A stretch of 64,000 bases of DNA from Raillietiella orientalis (Eukaryota). Shown here one piece after another: positions 40,100 to 51,755 of this stretch. The position numbers and the translations under genes are program-made. The DNA lies in the NCBI GenBank assembly GCA_036172245.1, contig JAYWIR010000032.1:1488001-1552000 (forward strand). The letters are read 5' to 3'. How positions within the stretch are numbered: position 1 is the first letter of the stretch; every line of letters starts with the position of its first letter. Below the pieces are notes generated by a model that saw nothing but the letters and a program-made list of their open reading frames with translations, had not been told where the DNA came from and made no database searches.

Positions 40100-40860
40100 C
40101 ACACAAGAAGAGGGTTCGGAGCTTCGTGCCCGGTGTCCCCGCATCTTCGCGTAGGTAGCGCGCTACGCACGACGAAAGGTCCTCCGCTGCCGACGCGACG
40201 CCCACGGATGCGTCGCTCGGGCGTGCACCCAGAGGGACTTCGACACACTTCGAGCTACAGCAGCCGTCCGGCGTCGCCGCGCCTACCTGGGAGGCTGGAA
40301 GACGCGCGAGGTGGTCGATGCTGCCACTCCGTCGCCAAGGCACACGGAGTGTGCCTTGGCGATGGGATGGCTTCGGCGGGGCAGAGTTTTTAGTGTTGCC
40401 CCTGAAGTACTTGTGGTCCCTCCCCATTGCCTGGACACTTCTGTGTTCCCCCTTCCCTAGAAACAGGACGTGCTGCTCTTCCTCCACTGGGGATTCTAGT
40501 GCAACGAGCGACGGCAATGCCTTTGCGGTAGGGTTCGATCTCCTAACTGTTCCAGGTGCGGTTCGATGGAGTCGATCCCGCACATGCTTCTGGACTTCAG
40601 GAACTGAGGAGGAAGCTGGAAGCTGCACTGCTGCACCTGGAGGACACCGCCCGAGACGTGCTGCGGCAGTTCTTCGCGTCGAGAGGCCTCTGGACGGGCG
40701 CAAGTTATCGCAACCGTCGGTTGCATCCGAGCCATCGTTGAGGTCCGCCACGTGCTCGAGACGACCGCGCAGCGAGGTCACCAAGATGGCAGCCGCCCAC
40801 ATGAGGACTGTAAGGTGGCCTCACCTGGAACAAGGGGGAGGAGATCGCCGGCAATTAGCA
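40100..40860 (+). mobile_element. L1/Tx1-like ORF2 C-terminal fragment
   Basis: YLGGWKTREVVDAATP and LQELRRKLEAALLHLEDTARDVLRQFFASRGL match the ORF at 47773. Confidence 0.75.
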
Positions 40861-40867
40861 TAGGTGT

Positions 40868-41470
40868 TTGATTTACACCCGGGTGCGCCGGGGGGTTTAT
40901 TTTTAAAACAAACTTACTGCAGATAAAATTGTGGTTGGACCAGTGGTCCAGCCACGTCCAATTTCAAAGAGACCTGCCGGGTCGCCGGTACGCAGACCGG
41001 CGCGGTCCACCACGGCAGCAGAGGGGAGGGGGAAAAACAAAAAGAAAAAAAGAAGGAAACAAAAAAATAAAGATAAATGCATTATGGAGGTCATCGGGAA
41101 GGGATCACTGTCGGCTGTTGGCAGTCCGGTCCATCCTCTCCAGGATGCCGGCAAACTCTTCTTGAATCTTGACTTCCAGGTGAGGCCATCGCGTCGCCAT
41201 CCTAATGAATTGGATGGCGAAATGGATAGCATGCTTGTCGCTGGGTCCTCCCATTGCTTTGCTCCAGGCTGCGACGATCCCTCGTAGGCAGCAAGGGGCT
41301 GCAAAGAAGGCCGCCGGCCGAAGGGCGTCGCAAGCGAAGAGGTTTTAAAGCGTCCCTGGAGTTGCTTCCGGGGGTTCCCAGGGTCTCGGCAAAGCGTTCC
41401 CACAGGGGCCGGAGGGCGACACTAACAAGTGGGGGAGGGATTCCCGTTGCCCGCACCTCACACAGTTGGG
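40868..41470 (-). mobile_element. L1/Tx1-like 3' end with structured 3' UTR
   Basis: Finger remnant and VALRPLWERFA; hairpins at 40984-41001, 40931-40955 and 40876-40895. Confidence 0.8.
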
Positions 41471-41479
41471 ATGCACACA

Positions 41480-41750
41480 CCCGCGTCCAATGGTGACGGC
41501 GCCGTGTTTGAGGATAGCTAGAAATGGCGGACACCGGTGACCCTTGTCCCCTGTCTCCCTTTATGTATGTATTTTTTTTTTTTTCTCATTCCCCATTCCC
41601 CGCCTCCCTCCTGTGTTCTAGACTGCCGTTTATTCCGACCTGCATGTCGGTGGACCCTCCCCTTGAACTTTTACCTTCGGTTGAAAAGAGTATTCCCAAC
41701 AGATTTATTTTCTATAAAACAGACGCTCTAGCCTGACCGGTTGAAAAACT
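41480..41750 (+). mobile_element. Short L1/Tx1-like 3' UTR fragment
   Basis: ccgacctgcatgtcgg (41635-41650) is identical to 48634-48649; diverged terminal motif at 41724-41743. Confidence 0.75.
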
Positions 41751-42049
41751 TCCTTACCGGCGCCTTGCAGTCAACTCCTTTTCTGCGGGTTTTGGCCACC
41801 GGGAGCACTCTGCGCTTCCGCGTCCCGAGTGCGCCTTCACTGAGGCTGCTGAAGTTCACCGAAGAGTCCTGCGCACAGTTCCACAGTCTTGTGTCCTTGA
41901 CCCGGAGGTGGGTCTGTTCATTCACTCAACGTCGCAGGTTCCGGGCTGTCCTTTCGCACTGCAGGAGCTCTGACCAACGCAAGAAGGCCGCGGGGCTCTG
42001 CGACCGAAGCAGAGTCAATACTCAGTGTGTGCATTTTCGTGCTCCCATA

Positions 42050-42945
42050 CCAGAAAGATGCTTATTATATGCATGTGTGCTTTCTATTTGCACATAATTA
42101 ATAACATATGTTCATTGTATAGATTAATAAATCGGTGAATATATAAGTATCAAATTGTAAAGAATACAAAATGATTGCGACAATAAAAAAAAAAAAAAAC
42201 AGTGGGGAAAAATGAGAAAGCAAATCAAAAGGAAAAAAGAGAAATTTTGCATTTCATTTGCTTACCATTTCCAGCATTCAGTAAATGGAACACTCTGAGG
42301 AAAGGATGAGTACCATTTTCGGGATTTCCATCCATCGATAAACGCATGTGCTCTTCATTCGATGTCTACGTATTCATTTCATATCTGTTTATTCTACTTA
42401 TGCATATATACTAAGATATATATATATTTAGTCAATATATACATTTCTTTTTTATGATCTTGATACGTTTATTAAACTAATGTATTTTAATTCACATTAT
42501 TAATTATCTTAATAAATACGCATGTTAAAATGGATTTGTGAATCAACCTATATATGCATCATTGTACGGAAAAGGCATATATATTATTTTTTGCCAATCT
42601 TGAGAATAGATATTTATCTATATGTTAATTTATATATCGGTACACATGTTTATGTAATAGACATATGTATTGATTTGTATTATCTTTATAATATATATTT
42701 ATCTTTACATTCATTACTTATCGATATACATATTTATATACCTAATATGCTTATCTGTTTATTTTTATAAGATTTACAACGTTTACTTCATATGCAAATG
42801 TGTACATTAATATATATAATAAACACAGATATTTATTTTTTTCCAATAATTAAACAAAACATTAATCTATACATCAATCTATATTTATATATTGATATGT
42901 ATAATAAGCACATGTACTCATTTTTAAAATCTTTCGTGATTTTGA
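42050..42945. mobile_element. Second copy of the AT-rich TIR element
   Basis: 42195-42370 is homologous to 2320-2500; right end gtactcatttttaaaatctttcgtgattttga matches the TIR. Confidence 0.65.
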
Positions 42946-43370
42946 CCGATCGTAGTCTTAATTATGAATGCCAAGATTTTTTTCCCCAAACTACCAATAT
43001 GCTTCTTTAGCCGTGTTATGCATTTACTTAAACCTGTATTTCAGATGCTGAACAAATTGCCCTTCACTCTCGTGATTTCCATGCTTTAGGGACATTACTG
43101 ACTTCAGGTCACTACTGTGTGTATGCACCACGGTTCCAAATTTGTGCACCTGACAAAGGTTTTCAAAATGATTTTTATTGTGCCATGTTGGAAATTATTT
43201 GAAGGGTGGTTTCATGTCATGTGTATGAATCTTTTGGTGTGATTCATTGACGCTCATGTCGGTACTTAATAACTTTGGAAACTTAGCAAACATTTGTAAG
43301 TCATTTCCCCTTCGGAACTGAAAACTGTGAATTGTTTTAGTAAAGTTCCTGCCAAAATGCTGATGTAATC

Positions 43371-45819
43371 ATGAAAACAAGTCAAATTTCAAGTGAACTA
43401 AATACTAAAATTAGATATAGTTTAGTTGCTAATCTGGACATTTTGGGCATTGGAACCAAGAAATGGCAAAAATTGCATGGTGTAGTAATTGATAAGGTAA
43501 AAATATGAAAAAGTACATGACTGTACTCATATTTAATCCTTGTTAATTTTTCCTGTAAATGCATTCTGGTTATTTTGTAGTCACTATTCATCAATCCAAA
43601 TCAACGAGCAGCAGAGCAGATTATCCACGATTTACTCACCATTGTTGATAAATCAAAGAGTGAAACTGTTTTTGCATTGTGTTGGCCTATATTAGACAAA
43701 AAACAAGGAAGCCAATTCAGAAATGCTTGTATTCAGTGGATTCATGATTTAAAAGTGAAAGACTTAGATGGGGCATGCTTTGAGAATTTTCGCTTATCAG
43801 ATTTGCAACACTGTGGAGGATTGAAGTTTACATGGTACATGATGAAATTTTCCACATTTGTATTGATGAAATGGATGGAAAAACAGCAATTTCAAAGTAA
43901 TTAAAGTACAGTTATTATTGATCTTAAATTTCCCGTAATCTAATTAGCCCTAAAATTAAAGAGCTTTTGCATAGAAATAGCAATTATGATGATTATGTAA
44001 CAGTTGTTTTTTTTAAAAGCAAAGTGTCACATCAAGGCATCTTATGAGTTATTGACTGTCTGATAGAACTAACAGTCTAAAAGTTGAATTTTTCATTACT
44101 TCACAGTTTTTCAGAATGTGTACTGTTCCCTGATTTTTCATGCTTTAATTCTTTAATACCCCAACTAATAAATTAATTTCGAATTGATAAAAAATTTGAC
44201 ACCAAAAGTAGATAATTAGAGTGATAAAACAACAATAGAGGTGGTTCCAGACCATCAATTTTAGTTAAGCATTTTGTTTTTCACTTCTCTTCATTCTTTT
44301 CGAAGCTATTTAGGAATATGGTAGTATGCATACAGAAAGTCAGATAAAAATGATTTCCCTTAAAGGAATTTCATGTGCAGCATGTGAGCTTACATGACTG
44401 TTATCAGTGCTTACTTTAATTAATACCCGTAATAAAGTAGGATGTGCCTCCATTTTAAAGAAATTTGTTCTTTAGATATCCTGAAATATGTGGCCCCCTT
44501 TAATGACAATCCTGTCTTGTTGAATACTCAGTTGGTTACTTTGGAATTGTTGAGAATGAAAAGTCATGCTAATTTTGAGACAGATTACCAGTCAATTCAA
44601 GAAAAAAGAATCCAGCTGCAGAATAGGCTAAAGTATGTTTAGTTCCCGTATATTGCTATTCTTTACCATATTTGCCTTCATTATTTGCATTTAATTACTG
44701 CAAAAATTATCCTAAATCATCTTATCATTTTCTTATATAATTTCTGTTAAATAAGTGGCTTATCATATGAATTTTTTTTACATAATGCAATCCAATAACT
44801 TGGCTTATGAAAGTTGGAAATTTGGGAAATACCAGAAAACAGTATAAGTGCTACAAATAGCATTACACAAGTTGTGGAATAAAATCGTAATCCTAAACCA
44901 AGTTGCCTGAAAATGATTGCCTTTTTGTCTAAGTCTTTGAGAACATGTTCATCAAAAAAGTTGTGATCATAACACACTTTTCTCTAAAAAGTTGTGCATT
45001 TATTGAAATTGAAGTTCAAGAGTAGTGATATGTGGAAACTTTTGTTCATAGATCTCAGGCGGATAAATACAGTGTGTTAGTACGAGCCCTTCAAAAAAAA
45101 AAGGAAGAAGTTAGAGAGAAACTTAACAAGAATTCTTTTTTAAATTTGGAGTCATCATTTGAAAATCAAGATGCTCTCATAGAAAGTGATTTAAAAGGTA
45201 TAAAATACCAGTTTTACAACTTTTATAACTAATGAAAATTTCATAGATGAAATAAAAAACAAAACAAATGAGAGAATGAAAAAATTAGAAGCTCTTATGC
45301 AACAATTTGAAAGTTTGTATAAAAAACTTCTAAAGTGGCATTTGTGCCATTTTTGTGGAACTAATGCTAATTCATCATTCATAACGAGTTATTTACAGAA
45401 GGTAGCATTCATGTGCATTATATATCATTTTGTTACATGAATTTGCAGTCTTTCAAGATGCAGCATCATGAAATGCATGCAGTTCAAAAAACTGTTGAGG
45501 AGAAGTTAAAGAAAACTTTAGACAATTATTATGAATTGCACCAGTTTCTAGAAGGTAAGAGATAAATGTTTTCAGTTTTTTTTTGTGTGTTTTTTCTTTT
45601 TTACTATTTTGTTATTCTCTAGATGTCTTGAAAGTTTATAACCCCAAATGTATTCAAGTATCTCAGCAAATACATCTTGCAATGGAGAATCAAACACAAA
45701 TGTTACAAGATTATCAAAGCATGGTAAATATGAAAAGGGATGAGGAAATCTGGAAAACAGACAAGCAATGGAATTTTGACTTTTCTGTGGTGGAAAGACA
45801 TTCTATAACATTTCTTTGA
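43371..45819 (+). CDS. HAUS6: HAUS augmin-like complex subunit 6 (Dgt6)-like gene; predicted exons 43371-43496, 43581-43896, 44476-44632, 45052-45197, 45247-45401, 45449-45554, 45623-45819
   Basis: Spliced N-terminus LVANLDILG..IDKSLFINPNQRAAEQIIHDLLTIVDK..FALCWPILDKKQGSQFRNACIQWI..CGGLKFTWYMMKFSTFV matches the HAUS6 N-terminal pattern (CWP.D.K..FR..C..W; GG.KF..M..F.FV), followed by coiled coil. All joins are GT-AG and in phase; the 47- and 49-nt introns are less certain. Confidence 0.8.
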
Positions 45820-46977
45820 TCCAGTAATGCCCTTAATGTAAATGAACAACAAGAAACATCCCAATTCATATATTTATATATTAATTGAAATTTGCTGAAA
45901 AAATATCTCAATGGTATGCATGATTTACATGTTTGAGATTTTCTGCATTAAAATAGCGTATTAGCTAATAATGCAGACAGGCACAATACAGTTTCCATGT
46001 ACAGCAACTGCTGCAGCTTTGAAAGAATGTAAACTTCAAGAAATGCTTTCCACTATTGTTTATTACACCATTCTTGCTATATAGCTCAACAGAAATCAGA
46101 AATTTGTTTATTTTTCCCTGAATAGAAATGATGCAGCTGTCTATTTTGTATGAACTTTTCTGATAAAATCCAAAAGCTTTCATAAAAGTGTAGTGTGTTC
46201 AAGAAATGCTCAGCATTGAATAAACTGATTCACAAATGACTCACTGTGTTGAAGTTCATGTGCATATGTGAACAGGTAGTATTCGAATTTTCAGAAGACA
46301 GTGTAGTGCAAGGAAATAGAAAATGCCAGGAAACCATGGGTTTATTTTGCAACAAATGTAAGTACTTTGAATGAGACTGGACAAGTCTCATAGAATTCAA
46401 GAATACCAATTAGGCCACTTCATATTGTAAAAACGATTCGTGTTTTAATAATGTTTTTTGTTTTCCAATACAATTGTTTGGAGACTGTCCACACATTCAT
46501 AATACATATGACTGAAAAGCTGTTGCAAAGAGCTTCTCCTAATTACCTTATATTTGCTTTATATGCACAGGTTTTCTCAGGCGCGCAAGCCTTTTCGAAG
46601 ATGTTTTTTTGTAATCTTCTGGCTCTTTCAGAGAAAAAGAAATAAAAATTTTTGTATTGCTTTTCACTTTGTGAGTTCATGAAATTCTCGTACTACCCTA
46701 AACCATCATGTTCCTGTGGTTTCTCCAGTGAATTGAATGCCGAACTTTTCACGCTTAATCTGTATTCTAAATTACGCGTAAAGACATAAATTGTTTTCTA
46801 GCAAGTTCAATTTTGGTACACGATCTACGGTCCTTGATTGGTAACGCGCGACCAGTTATGAGATGAAAAACCGGGCTCCTACTCCGGAATTCTGGTTGAG
46901 GAGTCAAATTTTCCACCATGCTTTTTTATCAACGTTTTTCACTGGAAAGTGGAAGTGTTCATGGAAGTGTTCAAACA

Positions 46978-48746
46978 AGACCTGCTTCTCCTGTTACCCA
47001 TGACCACCCCGGCGTCCAGTCTCGAGGATTTCTTCGAGCTGATTCGCCGGGGAGCGGGCATGAGCGTAAACCGGAGCAAAAGGGTGGTCGTTCCTATTGG
47101 TGCGGCGTGGGAGGGGCAGTCCGACTGGATCCGCCTGGGGATCCCGACCGCTCCGCCCATCCAATATCTGGGCGTTCCGCTGGGGAACATCAGCCCAGTG
47201 GAAGTGTGGTCGGACTGCCTTCGGAAGGCTACGAGTGCCCTGAGCCCGTTCCACCATGGCAGGTTCGTCCTGCCGGAGCGGGCCGCGATATGGAACACCT
47301 TCGTTGCCCCCCTCTTGCGCCCCCTGCTTTTTGTTTGTCCGCCCCCCTGCTCGGCCAAGCTCCAGGCGCGACGTCTATTGAGGAACGCTCTGTGGGGACC
47401 TGCGAGGTCCAGGATCCCCCTGAAAGACTTGGCGGCTCCGCGTCGGGATGCTGGCTTAGGCATCCTGACGCTGGAGAGAATCGAGCTGCAGGTGCACCTT
47501 CGGATGTTGGCCCTGTGCGCCAACCTTTGGTCCACTCCGTGGTGCTCTCCCGCGCGCCTGCTCCTGCGGAGCTGCACCGGCAGCGATGGACTTCTGTCGC
47601 TGCGGCCGCATAGGGAGCGCGCCACGAGAAGCTTCGGTTTCCCTTTGAAACCCCTCTACCGGCTCCTGGCAGCCCAGGAATGGATCTGCCGCCCAACGAA
47701 CTTTGAAGCCTGGCGGCAGGAACCGTTGCATGCCTGGGCAAAGCAACAGGACGTTTCGCTTCTGGAACTCCATTGCGCCAACCTCTCCGTACTGCACGGT
47801 GGATGAGGTCTGCAACAGCCAGAAGTGGACTCGCCTGGCTGTCACGCCCCTCGCCGACGCGCTGTCAGCCCTCGGCAAGAGATGACAGCTGCGAACCGGC
47901 GAGATGGAAGGTCGCCTGCACCATCGCAGGGACAACACGACCTATAGGCGGCTGGAGGACTTGCGAGCTGGCAGACGCCGCCACGCCTCGCCACATCCCG
48001 AAGGGACTCCTCCGGTGGAACGAACACTTGAGTGTGCCCCCCGAAGAACTTGTGGTCCCTCGCTCCTGTTTGAACACTTCTGTGTTCCCCCTTTCGTGGA
48101 AGCAGGACGTCATCATGCTGGTGCTTTGGGGTTTTCACTCTAACCAGCGGACGAACCGTGTTTCCGGGGGAGTTGTCTCCCCAAACTGTAAGCGGTGCGG
48201 GGAAGTGGAAACGCTCCCGCACCTGCTCCTGGACTGCGGTGCCCTCCAAGGACTGTGGCGGAGACTGGCCTCAGATCTCCTGCACCAGTGGGACACCGCG
48301 AGGGACTCGATGCGCTGCTTCTTCACGCCAGGCGGCCTGTCTTTGGGTGCTGTCTTTGCAACCGTGTGTTGCACCCGCGCCATCGACAAGGCCCACCGAG
48401 AGTTGAAGAAGCTGGCCATCCTATGTCAGCCCACCGGATTAGCCAGCGCGAGCATGTTGTCGGCTGCCGAGTGGGCCCATTTTCCAGAGGGCGTTAGGAG
48501 AGAGATCGCCGGTTCTGAAAGGAAGGAACGGCCGTGCCAAAGACCCCTGTCCACTGCCCTCCCCATATCTTTATTTTTATTTTTTATATGTGTATTTGTG
48601 GTCCCCTCCCTCCCGTTCCGGACTTTCACCATACCGACCTGCATGTCGGGGATCCCATCCCCTTCGTCTCTTGTCTTTCCCTTTGTCCAGGAACTCTGTT
48701 CCCGGATAGTTTTTAATAAACGCCCCGGCGCACCCGGGTGATAAAC
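46978..48746 (+). mobile_element. 5'-truncated L1/Tx1-like retrotransposon: end of RT, GGLG-like motif, CCHC finger, structured 3' UTR; one frameshift near 47790
   Basis: DLLLLL (just after the YADD position), GMSVNRSK, IQYLGVPL, LAAPRRDAGLGI, CKRCGEVETLPHLLLDC; UTR ends aataaa + hairpin 48721-48740. Confidence 0.9.
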
Positions 48747-48930
48747 AGACGACCCCCTGCGATCCTCTCGATCTCCTGGGCGTTATTCGCGGTGATCACG
48801 TGGATCTCCTGCAGGAGCGCTATGTCGAAGTCGCGCAGGGTGTCGGCCGTATCCCGCCTGTTGCCGTCGTCGTGCAGCCCGTTGACGTTCCAGCAGGCTA
48901 CGCGGATCCTACGGCGACAGGCGAGCCCAG
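48747..48930 (-). mobile_element. Start of ORF2 APE endonuclease, cut by the opposite-strand copy
   Basis: IRVACWNVNGLHDDGNRRDTADTLRDFDIALLQEIH (WNVNG and LQE motifs). Confidence 0.85.
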
Positions 48931-48933
48931 GTG

Positions 48934-50076
48934 CTAATCCTGGGAAAGTGGCAATGGGGCTCCCTCCACCTGGTCGGGCGGGACGCTAGGAGGAGGGGGT
49001 GCGTCGCACACTGCTTCTCCCTCCTCCATGGGGGCCGAATCTTCGTCAGGACCGTGCAGATGAAGGGGGGTTTCACCCACCTGCACTTCCTCCTCCATGG
49101 GGGTCGCCAGCTGCACGGTGTCGGGGAATGAGATATTCCCACCCTCGCCTCTCACGCTGCCGGCTCCCCCCTCTGGGGCCGATTCATCCTCCTCCTCCTT
49201 GATCCGTATGCGCCTCCTGGGATTCTGGGACTTGCGTCCCGTCTTCTTTGATGGCTCATTCGCTGAGGAGGACGCACTTCCGACGTCCGGATCGGCCTCA
49301 CCTGCCTCCGGAGCCTTCCTCGCGGCCGTCCTTCGTAAGGCTTTCCGCGAGTCCTTCTCACGGCCTTGCAGTTCTGCCGCGAGTTCTTCCACCGCCTGCT
49401 GGAAGGCGGCCTCCTCGATCGCGTCGATCGCGGCGCGCGGTTCCCCCTCTGTTTCCCCAGAGGGTTCGCCATCGACGGTCGCGGCTTCGGCGGACGCGAG
49501 GGGGGGGATTGCTCCCCCGATGGCGGCATCGAGTGCCTCCACACGCTCTAATTTTATCGAACAAGCGCAAAGCCAATACGCGTGCACTCTACTGTGTTTT
49601 GAAAACTCCTCATGGACGCTGGTTTTGTCCATTCGGAGTGATACGCCCGTGAGGTGGATCACGACGGAGCGGTCCTCCGTCACAGGGAAGATCCTGCGGC
49701 CGTCTACCGTAATGGGGGTGTTTTGCAGGCGCTGCGCCAGACTTGCCTCTCTGCAAGTCAGCTCAACTCGCTGCCCCCTACTAAGGACGGAGAGGCCCTC
49801 AAGGTCTTTCTCCCTCACATTTAGCTGTTGCAGCTCCTTTTTGGAGGAGCGTGCGATCCTTTCGTCAAAGACACTGACTACCTTGTAGATCAGCGATGGT
49901 TTGTAGCCGCAGTCCTTGTAGGCAGTCTGCTCTGCAGCTGCAGCCGGGGATGGTGCAGCAACGACGGCACTCCAACTCCTCGCCGCTCGCGAAGAGGGTC
50001 GCGAAGGGGTGGTCGCCCCCGATTCCGATGGGGCAGATGTTCCGGATTCCTTGGGGGTAGATACTTTCACTTCCAT
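48934..50076 (-). CDS. Open L1/Tx1-like ORF1 (RRM-like region, acidic tail; zinc knuckles apparently missing)
   Basis: SWSAVVA motif, ELTCRE..ITVDGRRI..VVIHLTGVSLRMD..FSKHSRV; lies directly upstream of the APE start. Confidence 0.8.
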   Translation of the reverse strand: MEVKVSTPKESGTSAPSESGATTPSRPSSRAARSWSAVVAAPSPAAAAEQTAYKDCGYKPSLIYKVVSVFDERIARSSKKELQQLNVREKDLEGLSVLSRGQRVELTCREASLAQRLQNTPITVDGRRIFPVTEDRSVVIHLTGVSLRMDKTSVHEEFSKHSRVHAYWLCACSIKLERVEALDAAIGGAIPPLASAEAATVDGEPSGETEGEPRAAIDAIEEAAFQQAVEELAAELQGREKDSRKALRRTAARKAPEAGEADPDVGSASSSANEPSKKTGRKSQNPRRRIRIKEEEDESAPEGGAGSVRGEGGNISFPDTVQLATPMEEEVQVGETPLHLHGPDEDSAPMEEGEAVCDAPPPPSVPPDQVEGAPLPLSQD

Positions 50077-50264
50077 GGGTGGAGGAGAGCAAGTTGCCTC
50101 TTTCTTCCCCAATCTCCATTGCGGTGTCCTCAGGCATTTCTGCCATGGAACACTGGCGATCTCACACACCACAAAGAACGAACAAAAAGCTTCCCATCGA
50201 TCAGTCCATGGAGCGATGCGAAAACTCATCCACAAGCTAGAAGGATGCGAGAGAGAGTGTAGGT

Positions 50265-50410
50265 CAATTGGGCATGGTGCAGGGTGAACGGGGCCCTGGA
50301 GCACATGCGGCTGGAGTGCGTCGCTCTCCGAGCCCTTCAGGATCGCTTTTCGACGATCCTAGGAGCCCCGGAAGACGATCCCGGGACCTATTTGGACTCC
50401 TCTTCATTAC
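50265..50410 (+). mobile_element. Short ORF2 finger remnant
   Basis: CRVNGALEHMRLECVALRALQDRF resembles LPHLLVDCVALRPL. Confidence 0.45.
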
Positions 50411-51419
50411 TACCGCTCCGTCCCGTCTCTAGCAGTTCTCTGCTGCTTCGTCGGAATCGCGGCGGCCTGAAACGCAGAAAGAAAAAGACAAAATGGCAGG
50501 GATGCCATTTACTGGGCGCGGATGTTTTCAAAGATCGCCTCCAGGTGGCTCAACCGAGAAGAAACAGCAAAACTTTCTAGAATCCTGGAGATGATGCAGA
50601 GGACGTCTCGCAGCCTAGTGTAAACCTTTTCTGCTTTCTGTTCGTTGTTTTTTTCGATTTTTTCGCATTGCCGCGTAATTCACCCATCTATGCACTGCAC
50701 TTGACAAGTTTTGCGAACGCGGTAGAATCAAGTGTTCTATCACACAATTTCTAATAAAAAATATGTGGTAAAACGAGCAAAACGGGGGTGAAAAACAACT
50801 AAGGACAATCAGGAAGTTGAGAAAAATCCAGTGAGCTGACCGGCGAGGATTTCCCTTTCAGCCAAGGGGAGGAGAGGTAACAAAGGAAAATGAAAATCAA
50901 AAGAATTGAGGAAGGCACCAGGAAGAGTTACAGTGCTTTAAGTGTCCTCCGCTGCATCTTATTGAAGGTACCAGCAAGTTCTTACTTTTTGCATTTTTCT
51001 CAGCTTGGTCCATCTCGTTACCATACGCAAAAATCGTAGAGCCACTGGACTGGCGTCCCTAGCATCTCCTCTGACGTCACTTCAGGCCTTCACAGCCCTT
51101 CGTCCCTCCTCGAATGTATACAGCAAAAAGCTTCCAGAGATGCAGCTGGATGAGAAGCCAAGCGATGCTTGCGTCTCCATCCGTTTAGCGGAAGTTCAGG
51201 ATGACTTCCCAAAGAGGCGAGATCAGGTGTTTGAGCCTTGCGTTGGATCTGGAAAAGCCTTATAAGGCCTGCTGCTTTATACTGATGACTTCCCGATGCA
51301 CCCAACACTCTCCAGGAACCGCAAAACGGGAATTGCTAGGAAGACGAGACAGAGATGTCAAACGCAGTGATCCAATTTGAAAGCGCGAGTCCGCCATAGC
51401 GAGATGCAACCATGCATTT

Positions 51420-51755
51420 TCTATTAATAATCTCGTACTCAAACCGAATAGACCCCAAATAATTATCCAAACACCAAATCCAGTTTACTTATATTAGTAA
51501 ATTATCTCCTTACCTAAACAAACCTTCCAACACACCCACTATATTGAAACTTATTTAACCCCATATTAAAGCAACAAACAATTCATACTCAACAATTATC
51601 ATTCAACTTATTTCCCAAATAAATTTATAATTAAATATTACTCCAACATAAAATTTCATTTATACATACCAATTTTAAGCATCACATCACAACATATTAA
51701 TATTCCCTTTCATATTATATTTAATCATGAACGTTCAATTACTTTTTTTAGAAAA
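51420..51755. other. AT-rich, G-poor island; candidate nuclear mitochondrial insertion
   Basis: Abrupt compositional shift with strong C-over-G strand skew; no gene identified with certainty. Confidence 0.35.

Noticed and set aside
48721..48746. Terminal motif as a tRNA, 5S or U2 target site, or as a hammerhead/HDV ribozyme
   Set aside because: No match to those RNAs or catalytic cores that I can recognise, and flanks diverge right after the motif; an Rfam search is still needed.
48900..48985. Programmed -1 frameshift between ORF1 and ORF2
   Set aside because: ORF2 overlaps without an ATG, but there is no canonical slippery heptamer in frame; ccc-att-gcc may be a mutated start codon.
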